NCBI GenBank assembly: GCA_905178155.1
Contig: CAJINV010000015.1
Coordinates: 1-64,000 of the forward strand
DNA length: 64,000 nucleotides
From: Amoebophrya sp. A120
Taxonomy: Eukaryota > Protista > Dinoflagellata
Direction of reading: 5' to 3'
Shown: positions 50,857 to 63,000 of the stretch, piece by piece
Position numbering within the stretch: position 1 is the stretch's first letter
Layout: every line of letters starts with the position of its first letter
Made by a program: the position numbers and the translations under genes
The notes under the pieces: model-generated
Database searches by the model: none
What the model was told of the DNA's origin: nothing
The model's input: only the letters and a program-made list of their open reading frames with translations

Positions 50857-52079
50857 ATCTGTCGCGATGAACCTGTACTAGTCTTAGCACGTGACAATTA
50901 TACCGACAGGTAGGATCGCTTCGGAGGACCGAGACTCTTCTCCGATGTAGTTTTTGATCGTAAAAGAAGGTGTAGATCGGGAGCTGGCTGTGCCACAGAC
51001 TACAACGTCAAAGCAAAACAATCGTGCTGTAAAAGAGAACGAAGAGCGGCGTTGAAAACTGTGTGAACCGAAAAAAAATCAAAAAAAGAGCTTGTTGAAC
51101 TCGGAACGTGTAGGCATGTGATCACAAAAACAAACCCTCAATGTGACGATCTTCTTGTTGCCAGTAGCACCGGAAAAAAAAACACATTTAGGCTGAGCGA
51201 TCCTTTTCTCTGCGGACACAGCGGAAAAAAGACATGTGTCCAAAGCACGATCCCGAGGCGACTGCGCACGGCAATCGGTCAAAAAAAAACATGGCCAAAA
51301 AGAACACGACAATGCTATACGACTGACTGAAATTTTGTGGTCGGACCGGTGCGCGCGCGGAGTAACCACTGAGCCAAAGAATTCGACGATCAGTGCGAAA
51401 AATAGAGGAAGATGGTGAAACAATACCTGCTTGTTTTGTCTTCACATGTTGCGCGAATCATGAGCGTTTCTATCTTTCGGGCATTTTCTGCAAATTTCAT
51501 TTTGCATAAAGAAACGCGACTACCAACATTACTTTTGCGCGACACGTCGTGGTGGTACTGTCAACATAGTCACAAGCAAGAAAATCCTCTACTTCTTGTC
51601 TACACGCGTGGTTGCCCAGCTTGTCGTTCTAGGCAAATGAAATCCAATCCCGTTCTTTGCGAAAATTAAATCCAAACACCCCGAGTTTTTGAGAAACATT
51701 TTTTCTTCGTCCTTTGAATACGATGATCCTTGGCATGAGTAAGTAATAAGTCCTCAACTTTCGTAGCTTCAATACTTCCTACAAAAATGCTGTTGTTTAG
51801 CTAATGGCCTTGAAAAAATCACAACTGCGATTTCAAGCTTTCAAATTAACTCCTGTAACTTATACCATACATTGTTCCTTCCAGTTTGAATCATAACTAA
51901 TTGTCTTGGCTTTGAAAACCCTACTTACTTGTCTCTCACTTCTGCGAACTTAATCTAGGTAAAATCAAAATAGGGACCCTAAATCCTGAAACCCTATCCA
52001 CACCAGCCTCGTAGATGGAGTGTGCGCATGAGTAGGAAAAAAGATTGGTACGAAGTCCGAATCCTGGTGGCAGACCGCG

Positions 52080-54480
52080 TTTTGCGTCGCTTACAAACGG
52101 CCGTTTGTAAAACACAAGCGGCTGACTTGTAAGACGTAGCCCCAATGGGACTCTGCAAATCGAGACAAGTGCAAGAGTTGAAGCTCAAGCGATGATCACC
52201 CTCCCAGAGAAAGCTATTCTCGATGCTGCTGCGCACTTCAGGGGGGCGTTTGTAAAAATACAAACGGGCACCGGCGGCGCAAGAAGGCGCAAGAAACACA
52301 GCGGGATTCCAGGAAATATCAAAACACTTGCAGTTCACGCGAGAAATTTCCAAAATCGCAAAAGATACACAATGCCGGTGGTGGAGTGCTCTTTGCGTCG
52401 TTAACAAACGGCCGTTTGTAAAACACAAGCGGCCAACTTGTACGACGTAGCCCCCACGGGACTGCGCAAACCGAGATAAATGCAAGAGCTAAGGTTCAAG
52501 CAATGACCATTCTTCCGAAGAAAGCTATCCCGCATGCTCCTGCGTGCTTTAGGGGGGCGTTTGTAAAAATACAAACGGTCACCGGCGACAAAAGAAGGCG
52601 CACCAAACACGTCGAGAATCCAGGAAATCTTAAAAAAATCGCAGTTCATGCAAGAAATTCCCCAAATCGGGAAAAAAAGTGAATCTCGATGGCAGAGTGC
52701 TCTTTGCGTCGTTTACAAACGGCCGTTTGTAAAACACAAGCGGCCAGCTTGTACGACGTAGCCCCCACGGGACTGCGCAAATCGAGAGAAATGCAAGAGC
52801 TAAGGTTCAAGCAATGATCATTCTTCCGAAGAAAGCTGTCCCGCATGCTACTGCGTGCTTTAGGGGGGCGTTTGTAAAAATACAAACGGGGACCGGCGGC
52901 AAAAGAAGGTGCACCAAACACGGCGAGAATCCAGGAAATCTTAAAAAAATCGCAGTTCAGGCAAGAAATTCCCCAAATCGGGAAAAAAAGTAAATCTCGA
53001 TGGCAAAGTGCTCTTTGCGTCGTTTACAAACGGGCGTTTGTAAAACACAAACGGCCAATTTGTACGACGTAGCCCGCACGGGACTCTGCAAATCGAGAGA
53101 AATGCAAGAGCTAAGGTTCAAGCAATGATCATTCTTACGAAGAAAGCTATCCCGCATGCTACTGCGTGCTTTAGGGGGGCGTTTGTAAAAATACAAACGG
53201 GCACCGGCGGTAAAAGAAGGTGCACCAAACACGTCGAGAATCCAGGAAATCTTAAAAAAATCGCAGCTCATGCAAGAAATTCCCCAAATCGGGAAAAAAA
53301 GTCAATATCGATGGCAGAGCGCTCTTTGCGTCGTTTACAAACGGCCGTTTGTAAAACACAAGCGGCCAACTTGCACGACGTCGCCCCCACGGGACTCTGC
53401 AAATCGAGAGAAATGCAAGAGCTAAGGTTCAAGCAATGATCATTCTTCCGAAGAAAGCTCTCCCGCATGCTACTGCGTGCTTCGGGGGGGCGTTCGTAAA
53501 AATACAAACGGGCACCGGCGGCAAAAGAAGTTGCACCAAACACGGCGAGAATCCAGGAAATCCTAAAAAAAATCGCAGTTCATGCAAGAGATTCCCGAAA
53601 TCGGGAAAAAAAGTAAATCTCGATGGCAGAGTGCTCTTTGCGTCGTTTACAAACGGCCGTTTGTAAAACACAAACGGCCAACTTGTACGACGTAGCCCCC
53701 ACGGGACTCTGCAAATCGAGAGAAATGCAAGAGCTAAGATTCAAGGAATGGTCATTCTTCCGGAGAAAGCTATCCCGCATGCTCCTGCGCGATTTAGGGG
53801 GGCGTTTGTAAGAATACAAACGGGTACCGGTGGCAAAAGAGGGCGCACCAAACACGACGATAATCCAGGAAATCTCAAAAAATTCGCAGTGTGCGCGAAA
53901 AATTGCCCAAATCGCAGTAAAAAGACAATCCCGATGGCAGAGCGCGTTTTTCCTCGTTTACAAACGGCCGTTTGTAAAAAGCAAACGGCTAACTTGTAGG
54001 ACGTAGCCCGTACGGGACTCTGCAAATCGAGAGAAGCGCAAGAGTTAAGCTTCAAGCAATGATCATTCTTCCGGAGAAAGCTATCCCGCATGCTCCTGCG
54101 CGATTTAGAGGGGCGTTTGTAAAAATACAAACGGGCACCGGTGGCAAAAGAAGGCGCACCAGACACGACGAGGATCCAGGAAATCTCAAAAAATTCGCAG
54201 TGTACGCGAAAAATTGCCCAAATCGCAGTAAAAACACAATCCCGATGGCAGAGCGCGTTTTTCCTCGTTTACAAACGGCCGTTTGTAAAAAACAAACGGC
54301 CAACTTGTAGGACGTAGCCCCCACGGGACTCTGCAAATCGAGAGAAGCGCAAGAGTTAAGCTTCAAGCAATGATCGTTCTTCCGAAGAAAGCTTTCCCGC
54401 AAGCTGCTGCGCGCTTTAGGGGGGCGTTTGTAAAAATACAAACGGGCACCGGCGACAAAAGAAGGCGCACCAAACACGAC
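52080..54480. repeat. Internal tandem satellite, 311-312-bp unit, ~8 copies
   Basis: TTTACAAACGGCCGTTTGTAAA recurs at about 52091, 52401, 52712, 53023, 53334, 53646, 53957 and 54268. Confidence 0.95.
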
Positions 54481-54561
54481 CGCAACCACGTCGTCTTCCA
54501 CTTCTGCGAACTTCATCTACAAGATAAAAATTACTGCTGTGTAACAACATCATGATGTCTC

Positions 54562-57500
54562 CTAGGCGTACGGATTCGGCATTTGCAGCTCGAAGGAGTC
54601 GTCTTTGTGTAAGTCAAACTCGATCGTCTTCAGTACAAACTCCTCAAAGTCGACGTGCGTCCCGCCCAGCCGTACCTGCAGTTTGCCGTTCACCAAGTTG
54701 CAGAAGAATTTTCGGTCCCCCAGCTTGTAGATCATGGTTTTCAGCCGAACCAGCTTCAACTTCGACTGGTCACCTTGAGTGGGGCCTGTGTTGAGGTTCA
54801 AGGTGTAAGGCTTTTCAGGAAGAAGAGCGAGTTCTTGCATAATGTTGTGATTTATTTTGCTCCGGAACATCTTTAATGCATGACAGATTGCAACATTTTG
54901 TAAAGATGTTGCGTGAACAACAGCAACAGCTTCGCGGAACAAATTTAGTTCATAAAAATTTTACTGAGCTTCAAGGTCGGCGGCAACCTCCCCACTGCTT
55001 TCTCTACAGCAATGTCCACGGGGTCTTTTGGATCGACAACCCGGTACCGAATTCCACCGCCACTTACAACACTCGCTCGGCCACTTTTCCGCTCCGTATC
55101 GCCGAAGCTAACCCTTCTCTGCTGGTTACTGGAGCTGTTGCCTTGCGGCTCCGCGTAGTAGGTGTAGTTGCTGTAATTGTAGCTGCTAGTGGTCGCATCC
55201 GTTGCCCCGGGCTCGTCGTAGTAGTTGTAGGAACTACTTCTATTTCTAGCACCCGCCTTTGCCGCCGCCGATGCTGTGGTAGTAGCTCCTGGCGAAACAC
55301 TCCGCCGCACCGCCGAACTAGCCGCTTTTGCAGATGAAGCACTACCTGCACCAACTGGCACCACTGTCGTTCCTCCAATGGACACGCGCGGCTTTGCCTT
55401 CGCGAAAACCCCGCTATCGTTACCGGCAGACATCATTGAGGGAGAACTGGTGCGACGGGCGGAAGGGCGCTGCTGTGGTAGGTTGGTTGCGCCGCCATTC
55501 GGGGAGACTGGGGAGGAAGATCGGGACTTTCTCACAACGACCTGCTGCTGCGCACCACCAGCAGTCGCTGTCACTCCACCGCTTGTGGAAGATACCCTGC
55601 TGTTCCGGCCGATGCTGGAAGGCCTTCCACTACTAGTTCTGTACGTGTCCTGCTGGTAGGTGTCGATAATTTCTCCCTGTTTCAACATCGAAGCCTGCTT
55701 TTTCGCCGGATTATAGCCGCTTGCAAGGTTATTTTGCGTGGCGGATCCGTTGCCGTAATCTTGGTTGTAATAGTCGTTCCAATTATCAGTCCCCTTCGAG
55801 TTGCTGTTATTGAAGGCTGACGACATACTGGCCGCACTTCCTCCGATTCCCGCTCTGACGCTGTTGCGCGTTTTCGGCACGGCGGACTGCGATTTCGGCG
55901 AGACCGAGCCGGAGGGGGAGCTTTTTCTCCGTGGCGGTGGCTGGGTGGCCGGCAACATCGATCCCGTGCCCCCCACGGTCACGCTCGAGCGGGGGCCCGG
56001 CACGATTCTTTGTGTTGAAGACGAACTCGTCGGAAGCGCTGCAGCTTTCGCGAGAGAAGCGCGTGACGGCTGAGCAGCGGAGACAGAGGTTCTCGTGGCT
56101 GTTGAGGCGGTTTTTCTAGTGGTGTTTCCGGCAGAAGCAGTCGCTGCTGAATAGTAGTCACTCTGTGCAGCAGCAGCAGAAGCAGCAGCAGCACCACCAC
56201 CTCCACCTCCGCCATCGAGAGAGTATTGACCCTCCTCGGGCAAGACGACGGCATCTTCGGGGAGAGAAGATTCAAACACAGCTGGCGTGGTTTTCGAGTT
56301 TCTGCTACTGCCCATTCGGCTGCCGGGGGATCTTTGTTCTGCCATCGACGGTCTTTGTTCTTCTGAATACGCGGAATTATGGAACATGAATGCACGTACT
56401 TACTCTCGCACCATGGCCGCTAGGTTGTTTTTCATTTTTTGAACGCGACATAATCACAGGCTACCGCATGGCAGCATGCGGACGCACCCTTGTAGCTCTC
56501 ATACAAAAGACGGCGGGTCTACTTATTTTTCTGCAAATCAGACCTCGACCACGGGTGGTTGTGGTTCGCATGTCATTTGTTCCATAAGAGTAGCTCTTGC
56601 TCTGGTTTTGCAGGAACTGTTCTGCTGTCGCGTCGTAGGAATCGTAAAATGCGTCGTCGTAGTTGTTGCCGCCTTGAACTACGCCAGCGGCTCCACTATA
56701 ATAGCTGTCGTAGGACGACGCGTTCGTGTAGCTCGTTCCTGCAGCCACCGCTGCAGACATGAGTCTGTCCTCCACCTCGGCTGTCGTCGCTGCGTTCGCT
56801 TGTTGCACAACCTCTCCACTTGCAGCTGCCATGCTCCCACCCGCAGCATTTGCACTTGCGCTACTCCCTCCAGCACTTATGCCCGCACCTAGACCGGATG
56901 CCCGACTCAGAGCTGAAGTAGGAGACAATCCTTCATTCGTCCGCAGTTCTTGTTTCGTTTGGTCAGCCGAAGTTTCCAAAATCGCGTTCATTTTTCCGTA
57001 AGGGTCCATTGGATTTACCCCACCGTCAATCCCTGGGGCCTTCAGCAACAGCCGCTCGTACTTCGGGTTATTCCTTGTCGGGGATTTTATGATCTCCACC
57101 TCCTGGCCCGGCTGCAGCAAAACGGTCCGCGACAACTGCTCGTCGGTTTCGCTGGTTGCGTTGGTCGCGAAGTTTGGTGTTTGGTTCGCGTCGAATATGT
57201 TCGCGTTGAGAACACCAGCGGATTGCTTGCTGCTCTGCGTTGACTTGAGGCCCATCTTCTCTAGCAAAGCGTTCTCTAGCTCTTCCACGCGGGCCCGCAA
57301 ATAGGCCTCCTCCGTTGATGCCATTGCAGCAGAAGTTGCAGCATTTGACATTTCTGGACTTCGCCTATTGTCCTGCGGGAGTAACGGCGTCACAGGCGAC
57401 GCACGACCGCTGCTTCTGATTGTGGAAGATAGCAGCGGCACCGATGTTCCAACGCCCGCTTGTGGATTCCGTACTAGTACTGGACTGCCGCCGCGTTGCA

Positions 57501-60500
57501 TGCTGGAATTTAGAGAAGAACTGTGTTGTTGGCCCCGCGGACCAGAGGCTGCTGTTGCTATCCCAGCAACACCGCTATCGCTGTCGCCCTTCACCACCAC
57601 GAGCCGGACCTCATCCGCTTTCTGCAGTTCCGACCGCATGCCAAACACCGTGGTTTGGTTGTTGACGGACAGGATCAAATCGCCAACGTCGACGGTGTAT
57701 GCATTGCAAAAGCATCGCACTCGTAGTAATGGCAATGGTCCATGACAGATCTATCTTTGTAATCTAACCAGCATTACAAATTCCATTTTTCATGCTGGTC
57801 GGATTCATTGTCATGCGATTTATATATTCTACCAGTGCGAGGATGCTTTTTTCTTTTGATACGGTGTTGAGCTGTTGATCAGATGCTGAGCCTGATGCAG
57901 CTTTTTGTCCAGCCAATCTTTCCTGCTCCAAATTCCACTGGTACAGCAATCCGTACTGGTCCACGAACTTTACCAACAAACTGCCATTCTGCAACGGATT
58001 TGAACTCGACCTGGAGCCGTTGAAAAACCCGGGGGGGGAGTTGTGGTCGGCGAAATTCGGCACATTCACCAGCCCGTACTTCTGATTTGGGTTGTTCACG
58101 CGAGACAGAAAAACCTCGATTTTTCGCGGTATTGGCTTCACTCGATTTTTCGCGTTTTGTTGCAGAATACCCGGAATGAAGGATTTGCTCATAATTGGCG
58201 GAGAAGATGCAGCGGTTCTGCCAGGCTGTAGTCCTGTTGGGGAAGGTTGTCTACTAGAAGAAGTACCCTGATGCCTTTGCAGCTTCGCCGAAGACGGACT
58301 GGACCCGCCAATTTGCAGATTCAGAGCCGAGGCGCCACGGGAAAAGGCGGCAGTAGTTGCAGCTCCCGGTTGTAGTGGTCCAGAACTTGTTACAGCAGGA
58401 GCAACCGTTGCGGGAGAGAACGTCGTGGGCTTCTTGTTCGGCAAGATGAAGCTGCTCAGCAGGCGGTCGTCTTGCAGGTTTTCGTTTCCACCATCAAATG
58501 TTGGCACTTTTTCTCCCACGGCTAGACTGCTCTGATTGTTCAGCGGTATCGTGGCGTTTAGCGTGTCCAGGGGTGAGCGAATCACGGAACTACGTCTTGT
58601 ACTACTCTGGGAAGCAGGTCCTGGCTGTATTAAACTGCTAGCAGCTGCATTTCCTGCTCCGTTCATCAGAACGGTCGAGGATCCATTCAATGGGTCCAAT
58701 ACGAGCGTTGAGGAGCCAAGTTTGTTCATTCCTGGTTGTAGCACCAGCTGCCCAGCTGTTTTGCTAAGTCCACCTCCTCGTCCGGGTGAAGATTCGCGAA
58801 TGGTGATGTTCTGCGTTGCCGATTGCTCCCTGGACTGGTCGATCGTGTCCTCCTCCTTCGCGCCCGAAGGGATGCTTTTCCGGCCAAAGCCCGACCACTG
58901 TGGCCACTGGGGTTGAATGGGCTGGATGCCAATCTGAGGTTTTTTCGGATCGATTTATGTTTGTCATGCAGATCATGAAATAGGAGTTTGTCATGCAGAA
59001 ATAGGTAAACAATGAAGCCCCTAACAGCTCATGGGTTCTTGGCTAACCTTTCTTCTCGTGCAAAGCCGTACCTGTTGCGAGGAGGAACTGGGATTTTCAG
59101 CGGTGCCAGCAAACGGGTTGGTCAGACCCAGCGTTCCGACTCCCGCGCCGAGCGGCGAGCCAGCAGTGGCTCTCGTCCCGCTACTTGCGAAGAACTCCAC
59201 ATTCCCCGCATCCGCTTGCGCAATGGCGAATCTGACCAAGGCCTCTTCCTGTTGCTCTTTCGGCACACTGTTCGTTTGCTCGAACACTTGCAGGATTCCG
59301 ACGATCAGGTCAAACAGCTTCGACTCCTGCAACCAGGACAGGTTTGGATCGTTAATAGCCGCGCCGGAAGACGCTGAGCTCAACATCCCCGCCGACGCAC
59401 CAGAAGCAGCTCCAGCTTGTTGCTTCATCACAGTCACGAAGTCCCGCAAAGCGTGTGACGTTGGCTTCAAAGCCAACGGATTCGCCGACGCAGCGCCGAT
59501 CAGCGTCAGGCGGTTTTGGAGACCAAAGTCACCTCCTGCATAATTTGGCTTGATCGCCTGCTCCACCAGAGTCCGGATCCTTTCGGAAACGGCGATCAGT
59601 TCGTCCCTCATTTGGTCAAACTCAATTGAAGGGAGATTCGGATTGACCGCGGTCCTCTTCAATCTCACCAAGGTCCTCTGCAGGCGGCGCCACGTGCCAG
59701 CCAGCTCAAACGCCCGCCGGATTTGCTGGACATTTGGATTGTTGGCGAGGTTGGTAGAAGCTTGAGAAAATACGTCAGGTTGCAGTTGGCGCGGCTGCTG
59801 GATTTGCTGTTGAGAAATCGTTGCCAGGCCAGCAGTTAGTGCTGCAGATTGCTCTTTGTCTACCAACACGAGTGGCTGTAATGAAACCTGTGGGAGCAGC
59901 GAAGGACGCGACTTTCGGTGTCTCACGTCGGTCGTCCGGGCTGGGGAGTTTTGGTGTTCAGGGTTTGTACGCTGCTTGTGCTTTTGCTGTATTTCGCATG
60001 GAAACCTGCTCCTGCACAAAGGAGAAGCATTGCTTTCATAAACCTGTCATGCATGTTGTTCGAACAAAGAGTCCTCGACCACATCAAAATAGAAATCATT
60101 ACTGAATCGACCAGCTGCAGGTTGCGCCGTTCCCTCCACACCAGGAATCAACTCCCCTCCCGGTGGTCCAAACAAGGTTGTCAGCCCGATCGTTTGCCGC
60201 TGTTGTTGGCCTGCCGCTCCCCCAAGAAGATCGGCGTCACTCGCTCCACCAGTCAGATTCGGCGGTATGTAGCTCAAGTTTTTCTGTATCCGATATTGAG
60301 AGGAAACATTCCCCCCCCCCATATTGAGAAGGTGTGTTTCCAAAAATTTGCGTTGCGGATTTGAGGTCACAAATCACGTCTGTCTTGCAAGAAGACAAGG
60401 GCAGAAGCTTCCGCACCATTATGGAAGCGATTTGTCACGCTGTTGGGCCTAAAGGGGGGCCGTTTGCCATGCTGAACTACTAGACCCATACGCCGCTACC

Positions 60501-61468
60501 TAGCCTGGGGATCTGGCCGCAGTGCCTCTCTGCAATACAAAGCTGATTTGTGGTCACAAATCAGCATCACAAATTTCCGTTTTGATATGGGGAGGGGGGA
60601 TTTTTCATTTTGATATCCGACCCACGGTGGAGGAAATCGCCGTTAACCGACCCTGGATATGCATTGCAAAAGCCTCGCACGAGTACAAATTGCATGACAA
60701 ATTTCGTATAAAAGGAAAACAGGAATTTGTCATGCGGGTTTAGGCAACCACGCAGATCTGTCATGGCAGACAGCAATGTGTACGGGTACAATGCTTTTGC
60801 AGATGGTACTGGATTTGCTTGAACAGTTCCGGGTTCTGGCGCACCTCGCGCAGGTCGAGCAATTTGAGAAACACATCGGATTTTGGCTGTGGTTTGTCAT
60901 GGTCCCCTTCACGTTCAATTTGCCTTCGCGGGCCGCTGATGGCACTGCGGATGTCCTGCTCGAGAACAAGCAGCGTGCCAGATTGGTCGAACAAAAGCTG
61001 CTCGGGGACGGGCACTTCGAAGTAGTTCTGGATGTTCGTCTTCAGAATCGAGATAAAATCCCGGTGGTACACCGCCTCCGTGGTTTCCAGGTCGAACCAG
61101 TTGTAGCAGTTGCCTGTCGAGATTTAACATTTGTTGGACGGTTCGGTCTAGGTCGAACAAAGAAAACGTTCTGCCATCAGAGGTGCATGAGCAAAAAAGG
61201 AGATGATGTTTAGGTCTGTGATAAGCTCGAACTCCTTTGGTCGTGAAAAGATGTAGTTTTGTATTTTCCATTACACTATACCTTGGTATTCCAGCTTCAA
61301 AATCCGGCCACCCGCCGCCTGCCCCACGTTCTGGTCCGTGGCCCGGTTAGTGTCAGTGGTGGGACCCATTTTCCGGTCCGCGGGGTTGTACGCGCTTCCG
61401 GACGCAGTCGAAGGGCCTGACCGAGACCCCGGATCGGGGGGCGCGGAATTCGTGCTAGTAGTCGGCAT
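54562..61468 (-). CDS. Large multi-exon protein with central PDZ domain and C-terminal GAS2/GAR (microtubule-binding) domain
   Basis: PDZ-like KYGL...LLVKFV...VDVGDLILSVNN...VRLVV; GAR-like YKLGDRKFFCNLVNGKLQVRLGGTHVDFEEFVLK. Mix of GT-AG introns and four introners; junctions near 54.9 and 60.0 kb unresolved. Confidence 0.78.
56378..56586. mobile_element. Old introner
   Basis: TATGGAACA...TGTTCCATA; flanks GGAAT/AGAGT; frame restored. Confidence 0.75.
57698..57861. mobile_element. Introner inside the PDZ domain
   Basis: Perfect TSD CGGTG; excision yields QLNT-V-DVGDLIL. Confidence 0.88.
60294..60615. mobile_element. Introner family G
   Basis: Perfect TSD TCCGA; TIR shared with 42719-43032. 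Confidence 0.9.
60658..60808. mobile_element. Introner
   Basis: TATGCATTGCAAAAGC...GCTTTTGCAGATGGTA; perfect TSD CTGGA. Confidence 0.88.
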
Positions 61469-61499
61469 GATGATTATTTTGCGGCATCTCTTTCCCGAC

Positions 61500-63000
61500 G
61501 CTCTGCCGAAGTGATCCCCGTGCCACCCCCATGGCCCAACTGTCGCTCAAGAGAATTGCGCGACGCTTTTGTGTTCTGCGTGTTCATTTCTCAAAGGTAC
61601 TCCCTCTGCGCGTGCGTGGCATCTCCTCGAGGCGCTCTTCCTTCGCTGTGCGCTGCGCAAAACACAGACACCTCGCTCGGGGAAAGAATTGACAGAGAAA
61701 ACGACAAGGCTCTCCCTGCGAAGACTCAGAACAGACAGCGGCGCGCACCCGCCCCGTGGAGGTCTGGTGACTCCGAGGGTCATTACATCTCGCTGCGCAG
61801 TGCAAGCGCATAGACCTGAATGCGACTTTGGCTGGCTGGCTGCTCGAGTTGCCAGCGGCTGGAGGGTTTGCACACATTCATGCAACACACAAGCGGCTTC
61901 GGCTACACAGGAAACAAACATGGAAGCTAAGGAGCGCGACGCCTGCCCCACTGACTGTCTGGCTCTGACTGGCTGGCGGCACTTGCCTTCCAAAGGCAAC
62001 GCGCCTTCTCCTTCTGTGCCACGCATTAATGGGCACATCCCCACGTCGCAGGCATGGCACGTGACGCCGCCCCGGCCGCCAGCCCGCGCGCCCTGGCCGG
62101 GCCTGCCGCAAGCTATGGCCCAAAGCGCGCCACAGGCTGCGGGGGCTTGGTCGCCAATGATTCAACGCTGCATGTGCGCGGGCTCGCGGGGGCGCGGGCG
62201 CAGGCGAACCAACGGCGGCGCGCGACACCGACACGCCGGCCCAACGAACAAAGAGCCACGCCGGCAGCTTGTCGGGCGCGGGCCCTCCGTCCGCGCGCGT
62301 GCGCGGGGCGGGCCAACTTGAGATAGAGGCGGGCCCCCGCCGGCCCGCCCGGCCCAACCAATTGGCAAAGAAAACAAAACCAACAAAACCAACGCGCCGG
62401 CCGCCCAAGTAGAATCTCCTTGACGGCGTCAGCGAGTTGCGCCGTTGCGTTCGCCCACGCGCGCCGGCGCGACCCTACCCCGAGGGGCGGCCCGGGATTC
62501 CGGGTCCGTTGTTGGCGACCTGATACCCGGGCGCCGCTGGCCCCCCATGCCCCGGCAATGCCGGCGGCTACTTGGGGCCGGCGAACGGGGCCGCGGCACG
62601 CAATCAAACAAAGGGGCAACACGCGGCCCCAGGCCCCCGCCGCCTGCTGTTTCTCCTACAGCATTCCGCTGCCGGCCGGCGCGCGGCGTTTCCTTCGCTT
62701 CGCCAAGGCGGCTCGTGGGTAGCTGGGCGAACACTATGGCCCCGGCCAAGGACGAGCAGGGCACCGCCTCGCCCCCCCTTCCGTGCGGCCGGGAACCGCC
62801 TGCCGGCACATGCGCAGCCGCCCCGCCACCTTCCAGCCCAAAAGGACTGAGGGCGGGGCTGCCTGCTCGGCAGGTTAAGCTGGCCCCAAATTTTCGAGCG
62901 AAAGAGCTTCTTCTCGGTGGGGATTTCAAAAACGCTGCGACGCAACGGACCTGTCGCCGAACATCCTTAGAACACGGGGAGCTGTTTCCAATACTCATGT
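61500..63000. other. GC-rich non-coding island upstream of the PDZ/GAS2 gene
   Basis: Abrupt rise in GC; overlapping ORFs in all frames without protein-like character. Confidence 0.5.

Noticed and set aside
51994-54555. Repeated ORFs in the 311-bp array
   Set aside because: Satellite translation products with stops and frameshifts between units.
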